A stretch of 63,185 nt of DNA, the filler included, from Basidioascus undulatus (lineage: Eukaryota): the NCBI GenBank assembly GCA_000826855.1. It is 8 parts of 8 records of this genome, joined end to end, with 100 filler letters (N's around TTAATTAATTAA, not from the genome) between each part and the next. Parts side by side here need not be neighbours in the genome. Positions count along the whole stretch, not along the records: positions 1 to 25,978 come from JTLS01000198.1; positions 26,079 to 31,308 come from JTLS01001980.1; 6 more parts are not named here. One strand, 5' to 3'. Both the position numbers and the translations under genes were made by a program. Below are positions 15,894-28,596 of this stretch, piece by piece. How positions within the stretch are numbered: the first letter of the stretch is position 1; every line of letters starts with the position of its first letter. The notes below the pieces were generated by a model. It was given only the letters and a program-made list of their open reading frames with translations, made no database searches and was not told the DNA's origin.

Positions 15894-16172
15894 ATGGATG
15901 CCATGCTCCCTCAAGACCTATGTGAATACTGCGGAGCCCCTGTGAGAGTGGTAACCTACCAAGCTAGGTCGGCAGACGAACCACCTCGTCAGGTACGGAT
16001 ATGCACAGCATGCCCCTTGGATACCGACAGAACCACCGCCGTAGGATCGACAGTGGGCAGGGGCCTGGTAGTCCAACACCCGTCACGCCTCTCTTCGTTC
16101 ACTTGGCGCTCGCGCCGACAGAGTCACTCTCGAGGCGTGCGACATCGCTTTCTAGCCGCGGAATTAGGATGA
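15894..16172 (+). CDS. orphan TFIIS/RPA12/RPC11-type C-terminal zinc-ribbon ORF, intronless, probably degenerate
   Basis: CEYC-x9-QARSADEP-x6-CTAC matches the CxxC...Q[T/I]RSADE...CxxC catalytic ribbon; no other TFIIS or polymerase-subunit domain is visible. Confidence 0.7.
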   Translation: MDAMLPQDLCEYCGAPVRVVTYQARSADEPPRQVRICTACPLDTDRTTAVGSTVGRGLVVQHPSRLSSFTWRSRRQSHSRGVRHRFLAAELG

Positions 16173-17894
16173 GACCGTACTGGGCGGGCGACATCTGGTC
16201 AGGGGACAGGGCTTGAGCGAACGCCTCGTTGAGCTGGAGCAGGGGCGAAGTGGAGTCGAGCGACGGCATGACCGGAAACTGGGTAAGGGAAAGTGGAACG
16301 GGAAAGCACCCGGGGAGGTACTAGGGGGTTGGCTTGCCATCAGCGCTCGGTGGGAGAGGCGAATAAATCAAAGGAAACCTGGAGAAACTGGGTCTCGTTC
16401 GCCCCGGCAATACCCAAATCTCCAGAGAGAGATCGCGCGCGCTCGCTTGCATTTATGCTGCACACGCCGCTTCTTTGATCAGCTCCTCAACAACCTATTC
16501 ACCAGGGGGCTCACTCCGGTCGTCTTCAACTGCAATGCCCTGAGTGTGTTGCTCATGGAACGACAGTGTGGAGCGTGGACAAATCTCAGATTCGATCTTG
16601 TCCAACTGCTCAAGGACATGGATTGGTCGCTCAAGCTGAAGAAGCAGGCCTTTGAGCGGTTGACGGGGCTTGGCATCATGGACGCCCTCCGCCAGCCAGA
16701 AGGGCACTTGCCTGGTTTACGTGAAAGAGATTACGCGGTTGGCGAGCAGTTCAAGCAGATGCTGAAGCTCTTCTGGGGTGAATAGATGGAGTTGCCCACA
16801 GAGATCGAGCTGGAGGCGGCGGATGAAGAGGATAGAGAGGCGGATGAATAACGTGCATTGCCTGACAAGCTTGTGTATTGGTTGTTCTAGAAGCTTGCTT
16901 TTCGACCTTACCAGCTTGAACAATTGGGTTTCACGGCCTGACCCACCTGAGTAAACTGGCTGTACCGAGGTACGCAGAGCGGCGTACACAGCGTGCCCTG
17001 GGTGGAACATGCAGTCCTTCTCTATCAAGCCAGTTCACAGACCCAGACAGTGGTATTTTTAGGAGAACTCACAGATTTTGCAAGAGCTTACTCTGCCTAC
17101 TCATCCGGGGCACTTGCGTGTTCACGCAGCCCGCCTGGCACAGTTGCCTTTCACACCGGTTTGCTGACAGGAAGGACTATACCAACAGCACCCCTTTTGC
17201 TTTTGAAACAAATGGGGGATAAGTCATTTGCTGTTTGTACATGTGCCGCAGTAATTCATACCTCCCGTCCCTGGGAACAGATGGAACTGGCAGTAACGTC
17301 CAGCACATGTGCGTGCACACCACACTCTGGTATTTGGGATCCCGGTATACATTTGAAAATATATAGATGCACTCTGGTCGGAAAGAAAGCAAACAGTGTG
17401 TTGTTTCCGCCAGCTTCGGACGAGCCTGTCTTCGGCTCACGCAAGTTTGAACCGCAGTGTGCAGCCTGTAACTCCTGATGGCTGATGGCCTGTCCAGTAC
17501 GGGATCATACCCATTTTTCCCGCCATACAGAGCTCTTCAGATGCTACAGAATATCTTCCAAATCAGGGTGGATAACCTAAAATGCAGAATAGGGAGGCCC
17601 AAGGGAGGCTGCAACTCGATTGTTGGCGGCTGACGTTGCCTTTGAGCGAATCCGCTTGGGGCCACAGGCTCAACAAAAGTATATAAACAAACTTTGATTT
17701 TCGGATCAAAGGTTTGAAAATTCACTGCCTGAAAATGCTTGGGCGCCATTTCACGCAACGGAGACACGAGTTCCGCCTCGCCTTTGTGTGTTTCCGCCCC
17801 GCCCTCGTGCCTTGACCTCCTACTGCCACCCACTCCAGCACCCCCCAGCACCCTTACTCCCATCACTCTCACTAAGTAAAATATTCACCAAAAC

Positions 17895-19884
17895 ATGGGC
17901 CAGCGCCACCGCTCTTCGTCATCGCCCGCATTCGCCCGCAGACGCTGACGGGTGCGCCAACCCGGAGCTGACATACCGCTGTCTCGTGGCACTCCACCAC
18001 CAGTGGCTCTACGGCTCCCTCCCCCCCCAAGCTGCTCCGTCTCCTGCCCCAACAACGCCCACGTCGTGGCAGAGGAGCGGCCCGTGTCCAGGGGAAGTAC
18101 CCCGCTGCGGGACAGTAGCATCCATGTTTGACAAGTGGACGCGCCAACTCTGGCGCGACGAGGCGGGGCAGGAGGGAGACGAAGAGGAGGGCGAAGACTT
18201 GAGTCGGGAGGCGGACTTGAGACGAGCAAGTCCGACGGGACAGTTCACGGTATCATCCAGATGCCGTGCTAACTCAGGTAGAAGGGCGAGCACAGCGTCA
18301 CTCACATTGAGGATGCGAGAATGGGAAGCACTGGGGGGTGTGTCTTTCCACATCTCTTCAAACATACTTAGGCTGACGGCGGTTGTCGATGAACAGGACA
18401 ACAACGACGGTAAGCTGTTTTTGTGCCTGCACAACATCTGTTTGAGCTCAACTGAAACTTGACCAATGCCCTACACAGGCATCACCATTTTCGACGTAAC
18501 CAACCCTCTCCACCCATGCTACTGCTTTGTGAACCTCCGGTCTAGAATCCGTGTATGCCGAAGTCCCGGCAAACACGCCGCTCTCAGTGGAGATGTACTC
18601 CACGTGTACTATCCGCGCAAGGACGCACACGAGACCTACATATTCAACCTCGGGCCGTTCAAGACGATCAAGCGCTGGATGCTTGGGCAGGTGTGGCTGG
18701 GTGAGTACCTCCTCAATGCAGACGAGGAGGCGGCGGCTGCGGCCGCTTTCACGTCTCCAGCTTCCGCAGCATCCTTTCCCCCTCTGCAGGAGACAGCAAC
18801 CCGCCGCATCGTGGGGGAGCTGCTCGCAACCGACACCTTGACGGAGCTTGAAGCGTTCGACAGCCCTAGGTTTATGGTAGGCATCACGCTTGACGTCCTA
18901 TTGAGCAGTCGCCTCTCTCTTAGGCGGGGGCCGCGGCTCTTGCCAAGCTTCTCTCGGACCAGGCCTCTGACATGCTGAACCTGATGCCTTTCAAAATCAC
19001 TGCTGAGCAGTCCATCGAGGTCACTTCCGCTTCGTCTGACCGTGTCGTCACGCTCAATCTCTCGCACAACCCTTACATCTCCGCCCGTCCCTCTCCGCAC
19101 TCTCCCGCGCTCTCCCGCACCTCCGTCGCCTCATCCTCATCAGCTGTCCTGGCTACTTAGCAGACGAGTTTGAAGCTCTCCGCCTTCAAGATGCTCTCCC
19201 CAGCCTCGAAGCCATCTGGCATGATGAGCTACTCCGGCGCACCGTCCACATTGCGCGACGGACAACATGGTCGAGTCTGACCTCCTGCACATCGCCACCT
19301 CCCCTCCCGCCTTTGCACTCCTCGTCCGCTAAGGGAAAGTCTTCTTCCACATGGCTTCCTCCATCCTTGGCCTCTCGGCTCCGCTCCTTGCCCCGCGCGC
19401 ACTCATCTGTGGCCTCACGAACTATCTGTCCCCCCCCGTTTTCTCTGAGGGCGGGTTCTCGATCGGCACGTTCCTCCAGCACACGCATACGAAAGCTGCC
19501 CTGGCCGGTATTTTCCGCCGCTGTGCATGCCTGTTTGATTGGCGTGCTCCCTTCCGAGCGCCCGGAAACTTCATCCTCGACGTCCCGCCCACTGCCCGCG
19601 AGACAGCTTTTCTCGCCCATCTTCCAACTCCGACTGGCCCCAAGGAGGTGTCCACGCAGTTGGGGTTCGTGCGTCAGTCAGCATCGGCGGAGGGAAGGCT
19701 CGAGGTGTGCGGCGTGCGGGGCTTTCTGGAGGCTGTTACGGGAGGCGAGGAGGTCGAGGAGGAAGGGTTTGCTGAGCTCGAGGGAGCCCTGACGAGGTCG
19801 AAAAAGCTGGAGATGATTTCAGAGGCTGTAGCGAAGGAAGTCCTGGGCGAGACTGATGCTCGTGAGTGTGGGGCTGCATCGTAG
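17895..19884 (+). pseudogene. fungal uncharacterised 'MGQRHQ...HHQWLYG...DNNDG' family gene with frameshifts
   Basis: MGQRH, then LFVIARI in a second frame, then YRCLVALHHQWLYG; spliced DNNDG/ITIFDVTNPLHPCYCFV; LRR-like LNLSHNPYI. Several frame changes have no splice signals. Confidence 0.6.
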
Positions 19885-20946
19885 GAAAGAGGGATTGGGG
19901 AGCTAAGCTGTCGGGGGACCGCTTGTGCATGAACAGTTTCTTCTTGATACCTGCCGTGTTTCTTCCGTTTGTTGTTTCCTTGGGAGTACTTTCTGGGTTT
20001 TTAGGTGTAATATCCAAAAACGCAAGAGAATGGAAGGCATTTTCCGCATGCACCCTTCACAATGTTCCGGCGAGCTGCGGCGCCTGCTTCCAATGGAGAG
20101 TGTGCGTTCCCATTATATGTTACGCTAAATGTTGTCTAAAAGGTCTTCCTCTGAGATAAAATGGGGAAAGAGAAGGGCAAATTGGCACGATAGCGCCCAA
20201 AGCCATCCTGCAACCATGACCACGAACCTGCAGCCTCAAAGCCAGCAGCCTTGATGAGCTCGACTTTGCTTGCCTACCTGCTTGTACAAAGCCAAAACTA
20301 TGTCTCATTCCCAATGTTCATTTTCGGAGCATCGTTTTGTACAGACTGCTGGGGTTTTAACGCTCTCGGGGAGGACAAATTGTCGTTGAAGTCGAGTGAA
20401 TGCCCAATGCGCCAGCTGCACCAAGGGAGACATCAACCAATACGAAGTTTATGTTGAACCATAAAAATTCTGTTGTCCGAGTAAAGCTATCTGGAGTAAG
20501 AATGCACAGGCTCTGAAGCGAGAGCCGTGCTACAGGCAGGGATTGCGGAATGCACTCGTGGTCCCGTGGTAATCATGGGCGACATTGTGCTCTCATGGTA
20601 ATATAGCATCGTTTCAATAACAAAGAATCGTAACCAGCATATTCCAGCCAAAGCGCGAAGTAATGTCTGACAGAGACCAACAAAGTCAACAACTTACGCA
20701 TGCCGCACAACCACACGAACGCGTCGATAGCGCGGTCTGTAGTTACAAGATCCAAGGCCACGCCCCCCCTCCAATTTTATAATCAAGACGGAAATCGATT
20801 CCCCTCAATGGCCTCTCTCAGGTGAGGCTTGAGTTTGGTACGATGAAGCAAGCGCCTTGACGTGAAGAGGCTTGTTGACGTTCACGCAGCGACCGCTGAC
20901 AAGAAACGGTTTACCTAATGGGTACTAAATGGCCGGAACGTACAGC

Positions 20947-22668
20947 TCAGTCGTCACCCCAGTCGCTCAGCTCGTCGCGATCGCTGAGGTACGCAAGCCG
21001 CGGGCTACTACCAGCAGGCTCGCAGTGTACCTCGGTCACCGTGGTAACCTGGAGCAGACCGGTTCAGTCTGTGAGATCTATTGCAACGCCTATAGAGAGC
21101 ACGGCGCACCTCAACGATCACAGGATGGGTTCTAAAGTCGCGCACCCGCAGCCGCATCTGGCGGCGGAGCCCCGAATCCGCCTTCGCCTCCTCCTCCACT
21201 CCCCAGAAGTTCGCGTTGTCGGCAATGCTGGCCGCCGCGAGGTCTTGTGCAAGCTTGTCGGCGCTCAGAGAAACTGTCCGCGCGCCCTCGACAGGATCAC
21301 CACGGACGAAGGCGAGGATGCTGTGTTGTGTATCATGCCGTCAGATGCGTCGAAGAGTTCAGGAAAGAGTAAGGTCGAGACGTACGACTTGTCGAGCGTC
21401 TCGTAGTGGGAATATTGTCCGTAGAGATACGCTCCCGGGATGACCAGAAGCCAGGACTTCTCGGCTGGCAACGCAGCAGTATTGGCCTGCCTCGATTAGC
21501 GGTTAACAACAAGATCTCTCGCCATAGTCAACGGTTTCAGCCGGCTGCATACCTCCGCAACGCTCAGCTTGCTGGTCGGGTCATTTTCTGTAAATTTCGT
21601 TCAGCCTCGATGTACAAATGAGAGACATAGCGGAGCATACCTGAATGTACAACAAGCGTGCGAACCGACATCCGCTGCAGGTCTTCCCGCGGTATGGCAT
21701 TGCGCCTGGATTGCACGTCAAACCTTATCCTCGTCCACGCGACCCATTCGTCCTCGTCTCGATCAAACCTGCCAGCCGAAAGGGGGTTAGCTTCCACGCG
21801 TGTCGAGCTGACCAAGCACAGGCGATACCTACCAAACACGCTTCACCGTGTCGAGCCACCACTTCGTCTCTTCAGGGGTGAGGTTTGGACCAACTCCGGC
21901 GAGAACGCTTCGGATAGTCTGCTCGCGCCGGAAGTCGCCAACGGTGTCGGCTGCAAGGAGATCGGAGAAAGCCTCCGACTGTGCGATAACCGCTGCGGAC
22001 TAGAGAGATGAATGTGAGATTCATACCCACTGGAACACACGAAGCAGCGGACCATTCTCACCTCTTCCGGCGCCCAAAGAGCGATGAGTACAAGACTGGC
22101 AACGAGGCCGGGGGAGCGCAAGGCCACTCTCTGGAAATGCCCGTTCACCATCTCAACCATGCCCACGCTGCACCGGTCGACACAAGAAAGGGACTCACCT
22201 GAGCAATAGCAGCCCCCATTCCATGTCCCAAGATGTGACACGGTGCGATACCGAGCGCGGCGATCGTCTCCGCGATATACTCAGCGTGCCAATCCAGATC
22301 GATCTCCTTCTCGCGATCCGCGCGGGAAGAGCCCTCGAAACCAACGAGGTTGATGGCATACTGGCGCAATGCACAACATGAGCGCGGACCCCAACCTCAT
22401 CGTTCCAGCCAGCCGACATGCGTACCAGGTTTAGCTCGCCCGCGAGAGCCGCGTCCGAGAACTGGCGATCGAACATCGCTGAGTCCGTCCACGTCGAACT
22501 GCCATACCAGGTACCGGTCTCGGTATCGCTCCACATTCTCTCAAACTTCAGATTGCGCTCTACGCACTGGATCATGAACAGGTTGGCCCCATTTTGATGT
22601 GCATCTCGCCGGGGCTGGCTCTGGATCTGGACCTTGATGCCCGCGCCTGGAAGATGTACCGTAGGCAT
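20947..22668 (-). CDS. alpha/beta-hydrolase-fold protein, multi-exon, apparently non-catalytic
   Basis: STWTDSAMFDRQF, YAINLVGFEGS, IAALGIAPCHILGHGMGAAIAQRVALRSPGLVASLVLI, RTLVVHSG, LLVIPGA; exons bounded by GT-AG. Confidence 0.8.
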
Positions 22669-24095
22669 CGGTGCGAGATCTGGTCGGAGCAAAGAATATC
22701 AGAAAGGATAGTTGCCGACCAGGGAACGCAGAACGGGCGTACTTTCAGCCTCAGAGAGCGAGAAGGCACGAAGTCGAAAGGAAAGACAACAACATCTCCA
22801 TCTCCATCCTCAACGAGCATCCGTGCCCCTGCTTTGCCGTGCTGTACTACAGCTATACAGCAGTTATGTAAGCCCTGAACCTTAAAGCAGCTTGTATTGT
22901 CACATCAGTCATGGGGAAGAGATCGCGTACGTAGTTACGATGCTATGCTGGGAGGTTTCACCACTACAGCGAAACGCGGCCCGTCGGAAATTGACAGCAT
23001 GTTCGCATGATCTTCACCCGAACCTGTGCAGTGCCTTGCAGTAGTGCCGCCTTCGTTGATTGCTTTTGCGCGATTGCTGTGATAGTGCTCTTGCATTTAC
23101 GTACTGTGTAGACAGTAGATTGCTCATCACGAAGCCATCTGAAGACCAAGGACAGACCGGCCCGTCTGCTTTCGCATCGAGAGCGTTGTACATAAAGCCG
23201 GCTTCGGCAGTTCGTCTCGGCAGTTCATGGCGACTTTGGTAAAGTAGCGCTTGGACTACACTCGTTCAAAAGATCCGTAGCGCTCGAGAGAAGGCAAGCG
23301 GTGAAGGCGTGGAGGGAGAAAATTGCCGCTATCAGCTTCGGCCGTCACTCCGATACACCAGACAAAATGCAGAGATGTTTTGTACTCCCTTCAGTGTATT
23401 GTACTCCCTCTAGTCTATCTCAACCGAGAAATTCTTGTTTGTCAAATAGGTGAACCCTAGCAGCTCCTGGCAGTCTGCATTTCTTGGTATTCCTTCTCTG
23501 GTGCCAAAACCGCGGGCCAGGCCCCGCATCTTGTATTGCACTCGCGTTCCCGGTAAACTTTTCGACCTAAGTTACAGAAAGTTCTTTTTATCTGTCATAC
23601 CCAAACTATGAAATATCCTCAATATTCGGGTCGGTGCTAGTATAGTTGCAGTAGCGTGCCGCGTGCAGGCAGCGTGCAGTGCCGGCGCAGCGCTGCAGCG
23701 GCTGCGTTGTTTTGCCGTCTGCGCACCTCAGGAATCTGTCACTAGTGTCTCCGCCGGCGCCCGGTAACCTGAGTAAGTAGACTCTGCCTTGCTCTGCCTC
23801 GCTGCGACGCCGGCCCCCGAGGTCGACCAAGGGAGGCACGGAGGTCGGTACCTGGCAGCCACGGGAGCCGCGTGCCGGGAAACCGCGTCGTCATGCCCTG
23901 CAGCGGCATCCTCGCGCTGCCCAGACGGCTCATAACGTGAAGCGATGCAGCTTCCGCCCCCGGAAATGCGCTTAATAACCTTGTTCGGTCGGGGAGTCTC
24001 ACAAAAAGCACCATCTCACCTCAGCGTACCCTTGCCCGTCGTACCCACCGCACCGTACCCTTGTCCGTTGTACTCCCCCTCATCACACAGTCGCT

Positions 24096-25700
24096 ATGGT
24101 GCTGCAACGTCGTCCAGCCCGCCTTCTCTCCCCTGTTCTCCACCATGCTCGTAAGCGAGCGGTCACTCGCTCTCTAGCCAGCACCCCAGCATCTCGGCAG
24201 GAAGCCGCCGAGCCACTCCCTGAGACCTTTTCCCCTCCCGTCATCCGGCCGTTTGGCATCGAGGAGCGCTGGCATCTCGTTGGGTCCGAGTCAGGGTTCC
24301 GTCAGACGTGCGTCCCTCCCCTCAATTCACCTTAAGCAGAATCTTAACCAGGATACAGCTCCCAGGGGCGTCACCTCCCTCGAGCTCGATGGCCCACGCC
24401 TGAGCGACGCCGAGCTGCTCGCTCGCTTCCGGCACGCCGCTGCGAGGCTGCTTGCCCGGCAGGGCGAGCTCTCGATCAACGTGCACCGCGAGGGCCGGAC
24501 GTCGATGTCCTGGGTCCAGCTGCCTTACGTCGACCTCGCGGCCGTCGTGCAGCCTATCGAGGGCACAGTCACCGAGGCGGCGCACGTCGGGGACTCGCTC
24601 CTCTTCGACCACACCGACGCGAACCCGCTGTGGCGCGTTCGTGTTGGGACGGATCCTGAGACTGGCAAGTATCGCTTCTTATACATCAATGATTTATACA
24701 CTCGTCAGACTGACCAGAATCCGATACAGGCAAGCAATACGCCACGTTCGCCTTCGCGCACACCTTGCTCGACGCGACCGGCGGCGTCGACATCTCTCTC
24801 GACCTCTTCCGGGAGGCGATCGCTCCCCGCACGGTCTCAGACGTTCCCGACTTCGTTTCGGACTTCGTGCATGCCTCGCCCATCGTTCCGCCCATCGAGG
24901 TGCTGATCCCGGACCTCCTCTCCTCCGCGCCGCCTCTGCCGCCCGCGCCCGCGTCGCCCGCGCGCTCGACCTGGACAGACCGGCTCATCGGCGGCCCGAC
25001 GCCGGAGTACCGCCCGCGGATGTCGTCGCTTACGATCCCTCCTTCCACGGTGAACGGCCTGCGCAAAGCCGCCTCCGCAGCGGGGCTGAGCGTCCAAGCC
25101 CTCCTGTACAGCACCGTTCACGCGTCGCTACACGCGCTCGGCCTCCCCGACGGGACCGGCCTGTCCTCCTTCACCGCGACGAACGTGCGCTCGCTCTTCC
25201 CGCCGGAGCTCGTAGGCGCCACAAACACGTACGGGGCGATCCTCCACGCAGACGTTGTCGACCGCGGCGCGTCGTTCTGGGGCTTCGCGCGCGCGTACGG
25301 CGGCGTGCTGCAGGACCCGGCGATGCGCCTCAAGTCCGCGCAGGGGTTCATGGTGCCCCTCAACGCGGTCCCGCACGAGGGGTGGACCGAGGCATTCCTC
25401 CCCGGCCCGTTCCGCGTGACGACGTGCGTGTCAAACCTCGGTGTTGTGGACGCGCCCGCGAGCGGGGCCAGCGGCCTCTCGCTCGCCGCGTTCAAGATTT
25501 GGAACACCAACCCTTGGATCGGGCAGATGGTGCCTGCCGTCAGTCTCAGGGGCGGGAACCTCGAGATCACCCGCGGCGCGGCGGAGGGCGCTCTTCACCC
25601 CAGCGAGGATGAGAAGGTCGACGAGGCGATCGTGCGCGTGCTGGACATGCTCGCGAAGGGCGAGGTGCTTGAGGGGGCGAAGATCGGCGACTTGGTTTGA
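24096..25700 (+). CDS. CoA-dependent acyltransferase (alcohol acetyltransferase/condensation-domain family)
   Basis: N-terminal RPFGIEE, NPLWRVRV, HxxxD-type AFAHTLLDATGG, TCVSNLG near the C-terminus; two short GT-AG introns. Confidence 0.75.
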
Positions 25701-25978
25701 GAGAGCTGGACTCTTAATAGAATATGCGTTCGTTTCTGTGTTTCTTTTGGGTCAATGGATCGGATTTGAAAACGACTGCAAAGCGCGACTGCAACTGTCT
25801 CGAAGCTCCGTACTACTGATGCGAAGCGACTTGTGCTGAGCCCCAGCCACTTCAGCCACGCTTAAACTTGACACGCGTCGCACGTGTCCATCGCGCGATA
25901 TTCGGTACAACAGAGTACAACAAGAGTCCCCTTCGGCGGACGTGAAAGAAAGCCTGAGCGGCTCGCTGGCACGGTGAG

Positions 25979-26078
25979 NNNNNNNNNNNNNNNNNNNNNN
26001 NNNNNNNNNNNNNNNNNNNNNNTTAATTAATTAANNNNNNNNNNNNNNNNNNNNNNNNNNNNNNNNNNNNNNNNNNNN
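25979..26078. other. artificial contig linker N44-TTAATTAATTAA-N44 (also at 31309-31408, 36635-36734, 41950-42049, 47262-47361, 52572-52671, 57880-57979)
   Basis: Identical 100-bp spacers with stops in all six frames; the contigs after the first are 5230, 5226, 5215, 5212, 5210, 5208 and 5206 bp. Confidence 0.99.
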
Positions 26079-27331
26079 CGCACTCGCACGTTGTATCGCA
26101 TCGCTGTCGCACTGTAGTACTCGCACATTCATCCCGCTCGCGCGTCTTCGCGGACCCCCTCTCCAGCGCACTGCCGTACCTCGAACTCGCTATTTCCGAT
26201 CGGCCGGACGTCCTGCAGGGGATGGGGTGGGGGAGGGTCTCGACGTGGGACCCGGGCGCGTGGACTCTGCTGGATGGGGGGGTCGTGGCGAGCTCGGTGA
26301 GTTCTGGGCGGGGAGGAGCAGAGGAGGAGCAGAAGGGGAAGGTAGCTGATGCTTGGGGGGGAGAGCGTGAAGGAGAGCAGCCAGTTCGTTGTGGTGCACG
26401 ATCCGTAATTTTTGGGGAGCGTGTGGGGACTGGTGGGCCGGAATGCCACATTATTTGCTTTTGCTTGAAGTCGGATGCAGGGTGCTGGATGCTTTCGATA
26501 GGCGGACATCTATCGAGCGATGGCATGCATATGAGCGGAAAGCGAAAGTATATGTGTCCTAGGCAAAGAAAACGGGACAGGAGAAGTGACAGGAGCGACC
26601 GGGGAGGCGAGCGTTGAAATGCTGCACCGTCTCGAGACAGTGGAGCGTGGCCTTGGACAGGCCTTTTGGGTAGAGGGTGGGGAACACCGGGTAGGTGGGG
26701 TGACTCCGCCGAGCGTGTGTTGGTTGAAAAATCCCGTTGTACCTGTAGCTGTCGTTCTACCCGATCAAAACGTCTGCTTGAACGTTTGTGTCGAAAACGA
26801 CCGTGGGCTGTTGAACGGCTTGCTTGTCATCTGGATCTCGTCCTACCCTCATCTTTCAAACACATGGGAAGTTCAAGCCTTCGGGCGGCTTCTTGCAAAT
26901 GCACAGCTTGGTAGGGTGGGGTTCTCACTACTCTGGCCATGGCAGCCAGCGAAGCACGACACTGTCTACACGCGCTCGAACGTCCCGTGCGCTACCGTCC
27001 GGCTTGCCGGAATCCGCATACCCAGCGCAGGCGCCTAAACGCTCAACGAAGGGGTATCAATTCATTGTACAACACAGATCAACCGCACTTTCAGGCGTGT
27101 GGACGACACAAAGAGCTGGTGTGCACGTCGGCCAAAGAAAGCATGGCAATCAAGCGAAGAAAGCGAATACGAGAAGGAAACAGGAAGCTCAGAGGCGAAT
27201 GAAAACGAGGAGGCACAGAGGAGCACGAATCCCTGACTTGGGTAAACGTTTGAGTATGAGTAGCAGTTCATGAAGAGCGTGGAAAGATTGATCACGCACT
27301 GGCGACGCGGCCGTCCTGTACGTTGGTTCCC

Positions 27332-27578
27332 TTAGGCCACTACGCATTGCACCGGGTTGGTGTATTCTGGTGGTGTAGACGTATCCAGGGGGAAGAATTG
27401 GGTGTGTGTGTTAGGTTAAATAAAAAGAACGGGGCGAGAGGCATCAAGGCTTACGAGGGTTCTTCTCCTCATCGACGGGCGTGCCCGTCTGCGCCTTCTC
27501 GGCGTCGACAGCGACGGCACAGTCGGCAGCGACGGCGGTGTAGGGGGAAGCGGCGGTGATTGTTCCCGAGGGCTGCAT
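27332..27578 (-). CDS. lipopeptide mating-pheromone precursor copy 1 (52 aa, CAAX = CVVA); exons 27578-27455 and 27366-27332
   Basis: Splicing the 88-nt GTAAGC...CTAAC...CAG intron (27454-27367) gives MQPSGTITAASPYTAVAADCAVAVDAEKAQTGTPVDEEKNPQYTNPVQCVVA*: short, with an EEK charged processing site and a terminal CaaX box. Confidence 0.9.
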
Positions 27579-27903
27579 GGTATAGAGTCTTGGGTTGAGA
27601 GGGATTGGGTCTGTATGGGCTGTACACTCGCAAGTGGATGTGGATGTTGAAAGTGGGATGCAGCGACTGCGAGGCAGCGCAGGAGCTGCTTATGTATCCC
27701 TGGGGAGGCGGGCCTTTACTCTCTGGCAACGTTCGAGGAAAAGTCAGCTGACTAAAGCAGATGTCCGTTCTGCCGGGCCCTAATCAGAAAGAGTGGGGTG
27801 AGAGCGAGGAACGGAGGGAGGATGGCCCGCTGAGTTTGAGAGGCCTGAGGCTGGGCGAGGCAGAAAGGAGCGAAGAACGTTCAGTTGCATGATGGCTTGA
27901 AGT

Positions 27904-27912
27904 TGAAAGGGA
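27904..27912. promoter_or_regulatory. candidate pheromone-response element TGAAAGGGA (also at 28059-28067, and inverted at 29721-29729 and 29857-29865)
   Basis: The same 9-mer occurs twice upstream of each pheromone gene in the same relative orientation and shares AAAGGGA with the Ustilago Prf1 element ACAAAGGGA. Confidence 0.5.
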
Positions 27913-28596
27913 ATGAGAACGGAGTGCTTTGATCCGGGCCGGTGAGAAAGCAGACGGCATTTGGGAACGACGGATCGTGCTCGTCGAGCTTGAGGCTTGA
28001 ACTGAAGCTTGATCCTCCTCATTTCAAGGTTTGGCCATCGACTCCGCGGAGCACTGGATGAAAGGGAACTATAGGTAAGCCCAGAGATCCGAACAATACA
28101 CGCTTTTTTAATTCAATGGAGGACCTGGTTCGTATGCCACTGAATGACTTGAGTGGGTTGCGATGCGTTGCGCAAGGAGTGTCTACGTTTGCCTACTGCA
28201 AAGAAAAGAGCCGGCAGCCGCCAACTCAAACATTTTTGTACTTTCTTCGCATAAGCCCGTCATTGGAGATTTGAATAAGAATATATTGAAACCTGGGGAG
28301 TTCCGCAGTCGTTTGTATGGGGCAGTTTGTCGTGCTGCGAGCCAGGTCGTCTCCGCGCTATCAGCAGTTGGGTACATTACGTCTCATTGCTGAGGGCCGT
28401 CTTGACAGAGCGAAATCGTATGATATGACACAAATCCATTGCACATGGAAAAAAAAATTGAAGCTCGCTGCCCAGCGAAGGAAAATTGCTTCTGGTCTGT
28501 GTGTTGGAGCGCACCCAAACACCACTGACAGCACTGGTTGATGTTCTCTGAAAAAAGCACGGCTGAAACCATGCATTGGATTATCCATGGAAGCGA

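Larger units (their letters stand above)
27332..28070 (-). repeat. left arm of a roughly 0.7-kb diverged inverted duplication (pheromone gene plus promoter)
   Basis: Shared blocks with the reverse complement of about 29720-30465, e.g. GAAAGTGGGATGCAGCG, GCGCAGGAGCTGCTTATGTATCCCT, TGAAAGGGAATGAG, AAGCTTGATCC. Confidence 0.88.

Noticed and set aside
15429..17520. Possible terminal inverted repeats (GAAAATGGG / CCCATTTTTC) around the TFIIS-ribbon island
   Set aside because: Only about 8-9 bp match and no target-site duplication; compatible with chance.
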